From assembly GCA_964016885.1 (NCBI GenBank), contig OZ024741.1, positions 283,464,001-283,528,000 on the forward strand: 64,000 bases of DNA, read 5' to 3'. The position numbers were made by a program, and so were the translations under genes. Positions within the stretch are counted from its first letter, which is position 1. Every line of letters begins with the position of its first letter. The DNA comes from Eledone cirrhosa (taxonomy: Eukaryota). Positions 51,686 to 64,000 of this stretch are shown piece by piece. Under the pieces are notes generated by a model. That model searched no databases. It worked only from the letters and a program-made list of their open reading frames with translations, and was not told the DNA's origin.

Positions 51686-51949
51686 TATATATATATATAC
51701 ACACACACAAATACATGCACTCACAAATATGCATGTGGTTATTACATGTTAGCATTTACTAGTTTGTAGCTTTTCAGACTGTATGGACCTTTGAAAACAG
51801 CCTGAATAGGGTAAGCTGGAGAAAAGAGGAGGGTGTTCGTTGTTTCATCATTCACTGGGGATGGTGAAGGGAGGTTGCAGTGAGGTGGAGGCTCCCTTCT
51901 TATTCAAATTGGGCAATGGGCTAAAAAGAGATACATGAAAAGAAAAAGA

Positions 51950-52100
51950 AAACAGCAGCACCAGTGGCTGAAGCAGCAGCAGTAGCAGCAGCAACAACAA
52001 AAGCAGCAGTAACAATAGCTGCACCAACAAAAGCAGCAGCAACAATAGCAGTAGTAGCAACAGCTGCAGCAACAGCAGCAGCAGAAAAATAACAATAACA
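51950..52100. repeat. (CAG/CAA/TAG)n degenerate trinucleotide tract
   Basis: Direct reading. Confidence 0.85.
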
Positions 52101-52545
52101 CAAAGAAAGCCGATATAATAATTTCTTATCTAGGCATAAGGCCTAGAATATGTGGGGATGCAAATGTCAATTATATTATCCCCAGTATTTGACTGGTACT
52201 TTATTTTATTGACCCCCATAAGGATGAAAGGCAAAGTGGACCGTGACCAGACTCGAACTCAGAATGTAAAGAGCAAAAACAAATACCGAAATGTATTTTA
52301 TCTGATGCTCTAATGATTCTGCATGAATGACTCTAAATCACAAAATAACTAAGGATATATAAACAAATAAAAATAATTAATTAGGTACAGGCATGGTTGT
52401 GTGGTTAATGGAGATTGGTTTGCAGTCACATGGTTTCATTCAGTCCCACTTTGGAGCACCTTGTACAAGTGCCTTCTACTATAGCCCCAGGTTGACCAAT
52501 GCCTTGTGAACAAAATTTTGTAGACAGAAACTGTGTAGAAGCCCA

Positions 52546-52591
<46 letters not shown>

Positions 52592-53879
52592 ACCCATGCT
52601 AGCATGGAAGATAGATATTAAACAATGATGATGATGATGATAATGATGATTTTATATATATATATATATATATATACACATTCAGCTGTAAAAACCCCAG
52701 CCAAATTTAGTCCTGTCAGAGCAAGGTACGGCGTGGCCAATCCGGGCCAGACTTATCTCTCAATGCAGACAACCTGTCTGACTCATGCAAGCATGGAAAA
52801 ATGGATGTTAAAAGGTGATGATGGTATATATATATATATATATACACACACACAGACACGTGGCTGTGTATGTGTGTGTGTGCCTATGTTTATGTCTACA
52901 CAGTTTAAAACCCAGTGCTGTTTGTTTTGGTTTATAAAATAAAAAATCAGTAAAATAAGTAACAGACTCTAAAAAAAAGGAAATAAAATAAGCGCTGGAA
53001 GTGGTATGATCAACTAAAATCTTTAAAGACAGTGCCCCTGCATGGCCACAACACAAAGACTGAAACCAGTAAAAGAGTAATTAATAACTAACCTTTGACA
53101 GTAGTACACAAGACTATGAAAGAGACAAGCAGTCCCCCAGCCCATCTGAGCTATCAATAGACCCACTTGAGTAGCTAGAGGGAAAAACTGACATTAAATG
53201 ATGATGATGTGTGTGTTTATGGTCATGTGTGTGTGTGTTTATGTCATATTATTTAGTGGTGCGATGAAAAAAAAATAAATGGTTTAATTAAGTACCAGAC
53301 TTGGCAAAAAAAAAAAAAAAAGTGACTGGGATCGATATGATTGACTAAAACAGGGCAGTGCCCCAGCATGGCCACAGTCTAATGACTGAAACCAGAAAAA
53401 GAATAACAGAAAGAATAGAATAAATAGAACCTGTTAAAAACTTTTCTCTGTAAATAATATTTTTATGTGTCAGATCATTAGTAATCAATTAATTAATTGG
53501 TAGAGTTAATTAACGAAACTCCTTGTAAGCTGTAATGAACTTTGTTCTGTCTGTAAATGTAATCAGGAACTCAGAGAAAATTTTACAAAGTGGAACAAGA
53601 CTGCCTTCAAAAGGCTCCAGATGGATGGGTGGAGATTGGAGGTGGAGAGGGGGTTAAGGGAAGGGGTCCTTTTTTGTTCTCCAGCCCTTACTTGTCCTAG
53701 CTGTAGTAGTAAATTACAAAGCAGATGATCTTTGACCTCTCGTATATCTAGTAGCAACTGGAGGTGTGGGGGATATATCTCTTCCACAGTTGCATTTTTG
53801 TTTTCTTACCCACCATTTCTAAATGAAAATTTACAGCTCTCACCTTGTAAGTTTAGCTGACTTTCTGCAAGGTTGTATC

Positions 53880-54230
53880 TCTTAAAAGTTTTCTTAGGCG
53901 TTTTAATGATAGGGGCCCCAGTTCAATCATGTTGTCATTACAGCTCACATCTATGTAGGTTTACCTGGCCTCCTATGGGGTTATCTTATAGGAGGCTTCT
54001 CAAGTGGGGCCTCAGTTTTATCATGTGAGTCTTGTTACAACTGACACATATGTAGGTCTACCTGGCCTCATATGAGGTTGTATAACATAGGAGGTTTCTT
54101 AGGAGTTTTAATGATAGGGGCTCTAGTTCTATCATGTTACAACTCACACCTATATAGGTTTTGCTGTCCTATGATACTGTATCTCACAGGAAGTTTTTCA
54201 GGTGCTTTAATGATAGGGGCTTCAGTCATG
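53880..54230. repeat. About 105-bp tandem repeat, about 3.5 copies
   Basis: Recurring ttttaatgataggggc, tatgtaggt.tacctggcctc and ataggagg. Confidence 0.75.
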
Positions 54231-55039
54231 TAATGAAAAGCAACACAAAATGAAATGTCTTGCTCAACAACACAATACACTGCCTTATCCAGGAATTGAA
54301 CTTATGATTGTGAGCCCTAAAATCCTAACCACTGGGCCACATGCCTTCACTTCCCATCTATCCCTACTATTAACAATGGAAATCATCCTTGTAGTAAAAT
54401 GACCTGTTTTTATTAGTTTTAAAAAATAATTTTTCTTTCTTTCTTACAGCATCGGAGGAAGAGGGTAAAGGCTTTTAGGATATGGTGGGGGAAGGCAGTA
54501 ACATGGGGGTGTGGCAAATGGTCAATCCTACAATGAAATTCCTTTCTTGTGGTTGGATCTATGTGAGTCCCCTCTCTCCCTCCACTCTAATTTCCTCTAG
54601 GTTTTATCTTTCCACATGAAAACAGCAGAGAAAAATCAAGGTGTCAGTAACTGGTTTGGGGAGGTGATGTGACTTTCCTTGTATATGTCATCGTATTTTA
54701 CAAGATGCTGCACAATGCACCATGCATGCAGACACGTGTGTTTGCGTGTAGATATACATATGTGTATGTGGATGTGTGTGAGTATGTGAGAATGGTGAAC
54801 CAATACACATGTTTGCACATGTATACACAGCCTTTATGGGGAAAGCAATATACTGCTTTTTTTTTCTTCTTTTTATGTGAGATATATATTTATCAGCTTT
54901 AAGTTTCTTTGTGTGTGTTTGTGTGCATATATATATAAAAACATTTATATATACATACATATATGTGTGCATGTGTGTGTGTGCGTGTGTATGTATGTAT
55001 ATATATATATATATATATACATGAGCTTGCATTTGTACA

Positions 55040-55102
<63 letters not shown>

Positions 55103-55157
55103 CCCTGTATGTATGTGTGTGCGTACATTTAACTTTATACAGAATGCTTGCAGTGAG

Positions 55158-56792
55158 CTACATCCAAGTAATTGTCACATCAACATTATCCTGATGTACT
55201 CGTTCTAAAAAATGTTCAAAATCCCGTCTCGTTATACTCTGGCACTCGATCAGGTCGAGCCTGCACAGTCCGTTCTGTTCATCAGTGAGCAGGCGCATCA
55301 CAAAATCCCGGTCGACACGGTTGCACATTTCCAAAAGGAGAGTCTGCAAGAAACAGAGGGGGTTGTGCATCAAGATCGAAACAAGCAGGTCATTAGTGAG
55401 AAACTGCATGTTAGTCAGGTGCAGATGAATCAGATTTTCTGCATTGATGAGGATCAGTCGCAACACATCTGCAGGAAAATTATGCGTCTCACTCAGTAAT
55501 ATTATTCGTAAGCTCCTAATGTGAGCAAAAAGTCCGACTCTGTTGTTTTCATCCTGACATCGAGAGGCTTGGTCATCCTGGTTACCAAAGGGAGTAGAGC
55601 CAGCAGAAGTAGAACCTGCCTTTGTACCTGATGATTGCCTCTTCCATAATTCCCTCATATGTGGATCATCACTGCGAATATTGGCACACTTCATGGCCTG
55701 CCACGGGGAAAAGCTACCATTTTTCACAATGAACTTCTTTAAAACATTCATATCATAATCAATGAAGTCACACATCGATGATTCCAAGGTGAGATAGTGC
55801 AGCTGTGGACAGTACTGACCAATTCGAATAAGGTCAATATCAGAAAAATCATAAAGAGTCAGGCGTGATAATGTAGGGCCAGCCTTGCGTAGAACAGGTA
55901 CAAGACCTTCTTCAAATGTTATGGGATCAGGTGCACAGCTGACGACTTCTAGAACATGTAATTGGGAGAGTTGTGTCAGGTGAACCATACCTTTATTACC
56001 AATGTTCTGGTGGAGGTACACCTCAGTTACATAGGGACATACTTCACAGGCTATTTTGATGCTTTGGGCAGTGACTAGGGAGCACTTTAAGCCTGTAGCT
56101 GTCAGAGAGTTGATGCAATACTTACGCTTACTTTCCACAATATTTAAACTGTTGCTTTTGGTATGAGCTGTCAGAGCTATTTTGCTTCTAACAGCATCGT
56201 TAACATTCTCTGATTTATCTTCATGAGAATCTTTGTTCCCATTTCCATCTTCAACTGTGCTTGATATACTTATGAATGGTGCACCGATGTCCTTGTTTCC
56301 CACCAACTGGCCACCTACTGGAGATAAATCACTATTAGCTAGCTGTTGGGTGCGATAAGCACGATTTTGGCTGGCCACGAATGATGAACCAAACCGAAGA
56401 CTGTCAAGATAAAGTTTTTCAAAAACAGCACACACATCACAGTACTGGAAATATTTCAAGTGGTGTAAATTCTGCAAGATGGTGCTGGCACCATTTAGGC
56501 TCACTGCTGTTGCATTAATGTCCAGGCTGACAAGCTGGGAACAGTTTGGTACACCACCGGCAGCAGAGTTCTTCACACACAAGCCAAAGGCGCCGGAATC
56601 AGTAACTGGACAATTGTAGACGTTCAGCTCACGTAGATGACAACATGTTCGACCAATAACTGCCATCACTTGATCATTACATTTAGTGTTCTGTAATACA
56701 AGGGATTGGATCTGCGGTACATTGTAGATGAGATCAACCAGGATCTTTGTTGAAATATTGTTCAGAGATGACAAGTTCAGTTTTGTCAAAGT
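55158..56792 (-). CDS. BC-box/leucine-rich-repeat protein, coding exon 3 (terminal, 1635 nt including stop)
   Basis: 543-aa ORF with Cys-containing LRRs ([39 protein letters not shown]); acceptor ttttatttgtag|ACT, phase 0. Confidence 0.92.
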   Translation of the reverse strand, partial: TLTKLNLSSLNNISTKILVDLIYNVPQIQSLVLQNTKCNDQVMAVIGRTCCHLRELNVYNCPVTDSGAFGLCVKNSAAGGVPNCSQLVSLDINATAVSLNGASTILQNLHHLKYFQYCDVCAVFEKLYLDSLRFGSSFVASQNRAYRTQQLANSDLSPVGGQLVGNKDIGAPFISISSTVEDGNGNKDSHEDKSENVNDAVRSKIALTAHTKSNSLNIVESKRKYCINSLTATGLKCSLVTAQSIKIACEVCPYVTEVYLHQNIGNKGMVHLTQLSQLHVLEVVSCAPDPITFEEGLVPVLRKAGPTLSRLTLYDFSDIDLIRIGQYCPQLHYLTLESSMCDFIDYDMNVLKKFIVKNGSFSPWQAMKCANIRSDDPHMRELWKRQSSGTKAGSTSAGSTPFGNQDDQASRCQDENNRVGLFAHIRSLRIILLSETHNFPADVLRLILINAENLIHLHLTNMQFLTNDLLVSILMHNPLCFLQTLLLEMCNRVDRDFVMRLLTDEQNGLCRLDLIECQSITRRDFEHFLERVHQDNVDVTITWM

Positions 56793-57039
56793 CTACAAAT
56801 AAAACAAAAATATCTATATTTAATTATATCAGCAGGTAATTACAATATTAATGACAAGTGTTTTAAGATAATTTTTCCTGTTAAAAAAGGGATTAGCTTA
56901 GTGTACCCCAGGACAAGTTTCATACTCATGGGGTCCTTTTTTAAGGAAATGCTTTTTGGCTAGATTCTTTTACTGGTTCCAGTCCTTTTAGCCACCCCTT
57001 ATGACATGCAAGGATATGGTGTACTTATTCTAAACTACA

Positions 57040-57270
57040 TATAACTACAGAGTAGACAAGGGTTCCAAAGTCACAAGGGATGTCTAGGAGGGCAGTTATT
57101 TCAAATAAGACTGCACAGAGTAGATGCGGGCTCTATAAACCACAAGGAAGGCAACCTGTCTAGGAGGGCAGTTACTCCAAATAAATAAAACTGCATGGGA
57201 CAGATGTGGGTTCAGTAAGCTATGGCAAAGGCAGCCCATCTTAGAGAGCAATTACTCCAAATAAATAAGG
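57040..57270. repeat. About 70-80-bp tandem repeat x3 (intron 2)
   Basis: tgtctaggagggcagtta.t.caaataa units. Confidence 0.7.
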
Positions 57271-57334
57271 TCTCTAAGAACAGCATGTATGTATATTCCC
57301 TTTTGTATTTAGCATCAAGAAAAGTAAAGAAAGA

Positions 57335-57870
57335 TGTTTTTCCAATCACAGGCATGATCCACAGACGTGGTTGATAGCTTCTACAATCTAGGTGATCTAA
57401 TTAGCAGTGGAAGAGAGTGTTCTGAGAGCATAGCAGCTAGAGTAAGGACAGGATGGAAACCCATTCAGGGAGCTACTATTTCTCTATGAATGAACAGCTG
57501 GCTGTATGATGCCTGTGTGCAATATGTGATTTTGCAGGGTAGTGAGACATGGACAGTGAATACAGAGGCTGGAGAGAAATGAAGCAAGCATACTTCAATG
57601 GATGTGCAGGGTTAATATGTGTGCATGATGAAGTATGAATGAACTAAAAAACTGGATATATAATACATAGGACCTTTGAGTCCTGTCTGACAACCTCTTT
57701 AGTGCTGGTGGCATGATAAAATGCATCCAGTTAACTCTGTAAAGTGGTTGGTGTTAGGAAGGGCATCCAGCCAGAAAAAAAGCCACCAAAAATTATGGAA
57801 AGCACCACATATAACATTCATATATCCAATCTATGCAAGCATGGAAGAGTGTATGTAAAAAGATGATTAT
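57335..57870 (+). mobile_element. Decayed RTE 3' fragment (intron 2)
   Basis: VVDSFYNLGDLIS, GSETW, gttaggaagggcatccagc. Confidence 0.75.
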
Positions 57871-59572
57871 AAAATTTATTTAGGCATCTGAGTAGATATC
57901 TGCTAATTTCACTGGATATATAAAAAGAAATAGCTTGGATACTTGTGTGAAACTGTGTTATGGATTTATGGTCAAATTAATACAAAGAACACAATGCATC
58001 ACTTGTGTATGCTGGTCTGAATACAAGAACAGTGGCATTGGACATTTCTTAATGTAGTGGAGCTGATGTTGTTACATACATACAAACATGAATTAAATCA
58101 GCCTCATCATCATTTAACGTCCGTCTTCCCTACTGGCAAGGATTAGTACTTTAGTAGAGCTTAAATCTCTTGGGTGTACCAAGAGCCGGCATCATGCTTA
58201 CATATGCCCTCCCACTCAACCAAGTGCTCCGGCAAGCCAGGAGCCTATATCTTACATACATTCCCACACTCTATTATGTGCATTTTGTCATAGCTCCAAC
58301 ACTAGGAAGGTTGTCAGGTATTTCACACATCTCCTGAACTGTTGCTTGTCTTGTTTTCTATAATCAAATTCTTTAAAGAGGGTAGTGGGTGCATTTATCA
58401 TGTAAATCACCAACACTAAGGAGTCTGTTATGTCTTTAACACAATTGAAGAATCCTTCTTAACTCTTTGTTTGGCACACTTTCTACATATACATAAAAAA
58501 TCAACTATGAACCCAGGCCTATCAGACATCCTGTATCGTGGAGGTAGCAAAACTAGAATTAATGCTTTTGATACCAACCTACCGAAAACTACCTCTAGTT
58601 TGATGAAACAGACCACTTATTTTAAAGCAATCTTATTTAAATTAAAATCTTCTTCATATAGCTTGATATAAGAAACTTTTGTTAAACTATGTTACAAATA
58701 TTATCATAATAAACCTTATGAATTATTGAGGACTGAGAGTGTTTGTAATTTGAAAATGTGAGAGCCCCAAATGCAAAAAATAACTGTAATAACAGTTGAT
58801 GACTATAGAGAATTGTTGAAAAAAGTAAGTAAATTATCTTTAAAAAAAATGGACAGAGGTACCTCTGATCCTTATTCTCCATCTCTAAGGGGAATTTTCC
58901 CAATTTTCTCAACTATCATATATTATTGTTACAACTATTTTCTGCATTTTGGATTCTCACATTTCCAAAGTTTTAAACAATAGCATTAATTGGATCATTT
59001 ACAGGGATTTTCATAAGAAATCATCATCATCACCATTTTAACATCTATATTCCATGCTTGGATAGGTTAGATAGCTGTCACATGCTGAGGCCTGACCAGT
59101 CAGGTGACTAGATCCTACTCATGTTTTGTTTTGGCATGGTTTATATGGCTGGATGCCCTTCCTAATGCTAACCACTTCACAGCATGTACTGGAAGCATTG
59201 TTTCTAGGACTGGATAACCTTCTTATCCCCAACCACTTTACAGCATGTACTGGAAGCATGGCTTCTATGAATGGATGCTCTTCTTAACATCAACTACTTT
59301 ACAGTGTGTAGTGAGAGTATTTTATTGTGATGCTAGCACTACTACTTCTACAGAATAGACTGGGTAATTTCCATTGTGGCACTAGCACTACCACCATACA
59401 GGGTCGACTTGGTGCTTTTGTCATGGCACCAGCACTATCTCAGTAGACATTGGTAGGGGTTGGGGGTTGAGGTACAAACATTGCACTACAAGAGTGAGGG
59501 TAATGAAAGGGCTAAATAAATAAAAAAAACATAGTTCTCATTTAATGGTGATGGTGTGGGTATGGTACTTAC

Positions 59573-59742
59573 CTGACACCTGACACCAATCATGCGTGCA
59601 ACACTGTCATGGTTGGCTATAGAACCACACACATCTAGATGCAGCTGCTTCAGATGTGTGCAGATTAACACCTGCAGATGGTGTCGTTTCAGCAGTCGTT
59701 GCTCCGAAAGGATGTTGATGAGTTCCTGCGTCATCTCAGTGG
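59573..59742 (-). CDS. BC-box/LRR protein, coding exon 2 (170 nt)
   Basis: Acceptor ctttctag|CC (phase 1), donor CAG|gtaagt (phase 0); TEMTQELINILSEQRLLKRHHLQVLI...IGVRCQ. Confidence 0.88.
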
Positions 59743-60718
59743 CTAGAAAGTTGGAGACAGAAACATAGTAGGGTTAGTTATGGTGGTGACAATAATAGTA
59801 TTGGTAGTAGTGGTGATAGTAGTTGTATTGGTAGTAGTAGTAGTAGTAGTAGTGATAGCAGTGGTGGTTGTGATTGTTTCTGACACAAAACTGTTTATAC
59901 TAATCTAAAAACCTTCCATCATAACATTATGCAAGACCCAAACAATATCTTAAGAGAAAGTTATATTACTAAATCCCTTAAAATTACTGAGTGTTTACAA
60001 AAATATTTTAAAGTCATAGATAAGGATTTTCATTAGATAAATGGTAACCAAAGGGTTAAAGTGTTTATATTTGTCTAAAATCCTCCCAAAATAATTTTAT
60101 GTAAGGTTAGGTTATGTTCCAAACATAAACTTAATAATGAGAAAGCTAGTTATATTACTAAATCCATCCAAATTTATGATAATTTTCAAAATGATGTGAA
60201 AATCATAAGCAGTATCTTTCATTATAAATATAGTAATAGACAATAGCTGGTCCCCAGAAAGACAGCAAATCAACAGTCATTACAGTATAAAACAAAATGT
60301 TTAGCTTATGTTCTGACTTTTTGCACATTGAGTTCAAATCCTACTGAAATGAGCTTTCATCTTTTTGGGGTTCATATAAAATACCTGTCCAAGTCGGTGG
60401 ATTGGTGGAATTTTTAGAGCGTCGGATAAGATGCCTTGCAGTATTTGTTCTGGCTCTTTGTGTTATAAGTCCTGCTGTGGCTTATTTGAGTGGTAGACTT
60501 AATCTGTCATCTAGTTTAGCATGAAAGGCAATGCTGACTTCAGGGATGGAAGAGGAAGGTTTGAACTCAGAATTCAGAGAGCCGGAATGAGAGCTGCAAA
60601 GAATTCAATCCAGCATTCTAACAGCTCTGCCAGTTTGGTGTCCCCTTCCCTCTCTTACAAACTGAGAAAAAACACCCCATGAATTTAGAAGTAATAATGC
60701 AGATAACAAGATACTTAC

Positions 60719-60869
60719 TGAGACAGCTGAATGGCCCAATGACATAGTAAAGTCGAGGCCCCACCGGGAAACTTGAATAGAAATCTGAGCTCGACATCTT
60801 GTCCATGTTATGAGCAATGCTGTGAAGGCATTGCTTCTTTAGGCTTTCCGCTGATTTTCGACGAGGCAT
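60719..60869 (-). CDS. BC-box/LRR protein, coding exon 1 (151 nt)
   Basis: MPRRKSAESLKKQCLHSIAHNM...GPFSCL; donor CTCA|gtaagt phase 1 matches exon 2; total CDS 1956 nt = 651 aa. Confidence 0.85.
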
Positions 60870-60986
60870 TACTAGAGTGTTGTAGGCATCTGGAGGTTAA
60901 TGGCCGGCATCTGGTCCCTTCATTTGGTGAGATATTACTAGAGCGTTTTTGGCATCTGAAGGTTAATGGCTGGCCCTTGGTCCCTT
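60868..60986 (-). promoter_or_regulatory. 66-bp-period tandem duplication upstream of the ATG, carrying short uORFs
   Basis: Units 60868-60920 and 60934-60986; MPKTL* (60955-60938), MKGPDAGH* (60923-60897), MPAINLQMPTTL* (60910-60872). Confidence 0.55.
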
Positions 60987-62114
60987 TTTTAAAACAATAG
61001 AAACATGAAAAGTAGGTTAAATCAAAATACAAACTTATTTGAAAAAAATAAAGAATATTAGTTAGCCTGAGTGACATAAACAAGTCGATATATTGGATAT
61101 AGAAATAGTTCCATACATTAAAGATATTGGTGTGTATGTATGGCTGTGGAAATATATGTATATAATAATTAAGATGAGTAATTTTCTGTGTGTATATGTA
61201 AGTCATGACAGCCTTTTTAGTGTTGCTGACCTATATAATAAACGCTGTAAAGAGGTTGGTGATAGGAAGGGAATCCAGCCATAGAAAGCTTGCTAAACAA
61301 ATGGTTGTGAGGATCCTTCAGTTGTGTCAAGGACATGACAGCCTCCCTAGTGTTGGTGATCTACACGATAAGTGCATCTAGTACACACAGTAAAGTGGTT
61401 GGTGTTAGGAAGGGTATCCAGCTGTAGAAAGTTTGCCAAACAAAGAGTTGGGAGGACCCTTCAATTGTGTCAAAGACTTGACAACCTTTCTTGTGAACTC
61501 GGTAGAACGTGAAACTGTACGTATGCAAGATGCAGGCCTCATCTCCAGTCTGTTTGGGAGGGTCAATAACTCTGTTTTAGTATTGACATGGCCTATGTAG
61601 GCCTGTTCAACCCTTGCTATGCGTGAAAGCAGATGTTAAACTTGTATAAGAGCCTGAAGAAAGGTCACAAATTTGATGCCTCTTGTATTCTGGAGGTATG
61701 GTCAAATTTGGTCCTTGAAACCTTGGGTTGCTCTTTTGTTCCGTGTATGAACATAAATAAATGATATATATATATATATATATATTAATTTTTATAGTGG
61801 AACCTGGGTTCACGTGCAATTTTTCCAAACAAAACATCTCGGTTGATGAATGGTGTCTCGAATAACAAACATGCAAGCTATCAACATCGGTTGGCAACAA
61901 GCTGGTAGTATTGGCAGGAAAGCGTCACTTGCTGTGTAGTTAGTTACTACAGTGATATCTATCTCTCTTTCACACACACTCTCTCACTGTATTTCTCTCT
62001 CAATATTTCATATGGGAAAAACAGTTTCAGTTTATGAACATTTCAGATGACGCAAATTAAATTCATGAACCGACAGTCCACTGTGTGTATGTGTATATAT
62101 ATATAAATACAAAA

Positions 62115-63470
62115 TTGTGTCATACCCAATGATTGGAGTAGCTTCATCATTGTCAACAGCTACAAGGGCAAAGGAGATGATCTAGACAAAGAAAACTATA
62201 GAGGGATTAAGTTGATTGACCAGGTCATGAAGGTCACAGAAAGAGTTATAGCACAGCTGATCAGAAACCGAGTTAACCTAGATGAAATGCAGTTCAGATT
62301 TGTGCCAGATAAAAGTACCACTGATGCCCTCTTTCTTATGAGGCAACTGCAGAAGTACCTAGCTAAAAGTAAACCCCTCTACTTAGCATTTGTGGACCTG
62401 GAGAAAGCTTTTGAGAGAGTCCCCCATTCCATTATCTGGTGGGCTCTTGAAAAACTAGGAGGAGATGAGTGGCTTGTGAGGACAGTACAAGCCATGTATA
62501 GAGGAACAGTCAGCAAGGTTAGGATTAATAATGACGATAGTGAAGAATTTAGCATGTAGGTAGGAATCCATCTGGGCTCTGGTCTTAGCCCTCTCCTGTT
62601 TATTATCGCCCTGCAGGCTATAACAGAAGAGTTTAAGACTGGCTGCTCATGGGAACTTCTGTATGCAGATGATCTAACCCTTATAGTTGAATCTATGGCA
62701 GATCTAGAGAAGAAATTCCAAATCTGGTAGCAAGGCATAGAATCTAAAGTCCTAGTATGTGAAAAGGAAAATGGCTCAGATTCCCTAAGGTAAATGGTTG
62801 TGCTCAGTGTGCAGGAAAGGAATAGGTAGAAATTCCATCCTATGCCCCAAATGCAAACTATGGGTACACAAGTGATGGTGTGAGATGAGGCGATAAAAGC
62901 TGACCTTGCACAATTACAACTCTCAAAGGTGATGAAATAGGACCATGATCTCTGGCATTATGCAGTAATACAGAAGACGTGCCTTCGCATGTGCATGGGT
63001 TAAAGAATACATCTTGTATGCACTGCCCACCCAACCTCCATACATCCCCACATCCTCTCACCTCACATCCATATCGCACCTCCCACATCCTAACGCTCCA
63101 CACTTCATCCACATCCATACACTCCCACCCATTACCAGATAAGTGCCCCATTCTAGATCTAGCTCACCAATCTCCATGTACCTCCCCTACACCAGCCCAC
63201 ATTGTAAAGTGGTGTGTAGGTGACAACAAAAAGCACCCAATCCACACTGTAAAGTATTCATGTAGGAATCACGACAAAATGTGCCCAGTCCACACTGTAA
63301 ATGTGGTCGTTGTTAGAAACGGCATCTAGCCATAAAAACCAAGACGGAAACAGTTATGTAGGAGCAACACATGGTCATCTGATCTGGCTTGTCTCACAGC
63401 AGGACAACACATCTAACCCATGCTATCGTGGAAAAATGGATGTTAAACAGTGATGACAATGATGATAACA
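62115..63470 (+). mobile_element. RTE LINE fragment (RT pseudogene, deleted C-terminus, 3' UTR)
   Basis: FVDLEKAFERVP, LSPLLF, LYADDL; UTR repeats and tail. Confidence 0.9.
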
Positions 63471-63834
63471 TGTATGTGTGTATGTGTGGGAACATTGAAA
63501 TACTCGGTTTGTTGTCTGAGTGAGTCCACTAGGAATGAGAGAGCCCTAGTTCTAATAAGAAAACTGTCAGGCAAAACCTGTTCTTCTTTTTGGATACCAG
63601 TCACTGTTGTTCAGTGAGTGGGATTGGTCCAAGGCAAGGTCTTTTTTCACTTAAAAAAGCTTCAAGCACAGGCATCACTTGATCTAAAAGACTTTTACGT
63701 CTGTTGTGTGAGCATAGCTTTTTCCTTTTGCTGCAGTATATGCAGAAAGGAATCTAAGTTCTTGGTCATGTTTATGCCAACCATGTATGCGAAATAGGTC
63801 AAGGGATGGCAATTCTCAAAACTGAGATGCAGCC

Positions 63835-63891
<57 letters not shown>

Positions 63892-64000
63892 TGTTTCCTT
63901 TTGAAATACAAGGTAATTTTATAACCACATAAAGTCCACAAATGTGTAGTCTCCTTCCTTTAATTTTTCTATTATTACAATAATGTGTTATTTTGGAACT

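Noticed and set aside
51848-52103. Poly-Leu/Cys/Ala (or poly-Gln) ORFs
   Set aside because: Trinucleotide tract with no splice or coding context
55212-55499. + strand ORF inside the LRR exon (and antisense ORFs over Tx1 and RTE)
   Set aside because: Antisense shadows of real coding sequence
55440-55640. TGATGA/CTGATGA motifs in the LRR exon, and similar ones at 13419, 24022 and 47077
   Set aside because: No correctly placed GAAA or closing helices; chance matches
60808-61206. 132-aa ORF overlapping exon 1
   Set aside because: Different frame, AT-rich intron-like start, no splice-phase support

Overview
Very AT-rich, microsatellite-dense animal genomic DNA. The repeat content (RTE LINEs with (GAT)n tails, tRNA-derived SINEs, long (TA)n tracts) suggests an octopus or other coleoid cephalopod; this is inferred, not searched. 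One host gene is supported: a minus-strand three-exon CDS (60869-60719, 59742-59573, 56792-55158; 651 aa) with canonical in-phase GT-AG junctions. It encodes a BC-box-like motif plus leucine-rich repeats and has a tandemly duplicated uORF cassette just upstream. The rest is mobile DNA: a young 5'-truncated L1/Tx1 LINE, many RTE fragments and SINEs, an internally deleted DD37D (maT) transposon, pogo/hAT/piggyBac/Tc1-type MITEs and tandem repeats. The most striking signal is a set of Penelope-like element (PLE) derivatives lying in (TA)n tracts. Many are long fold-back palindromes (arms up to 171 bp) and carry type I hammerhead ribozyme (HHR) motifs: about a dozen complete or half motifs from several families. 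Three loci tie the ribozymes to PLE RT or GIY-YIG remnants. Boundaries of old repeats are approximate.
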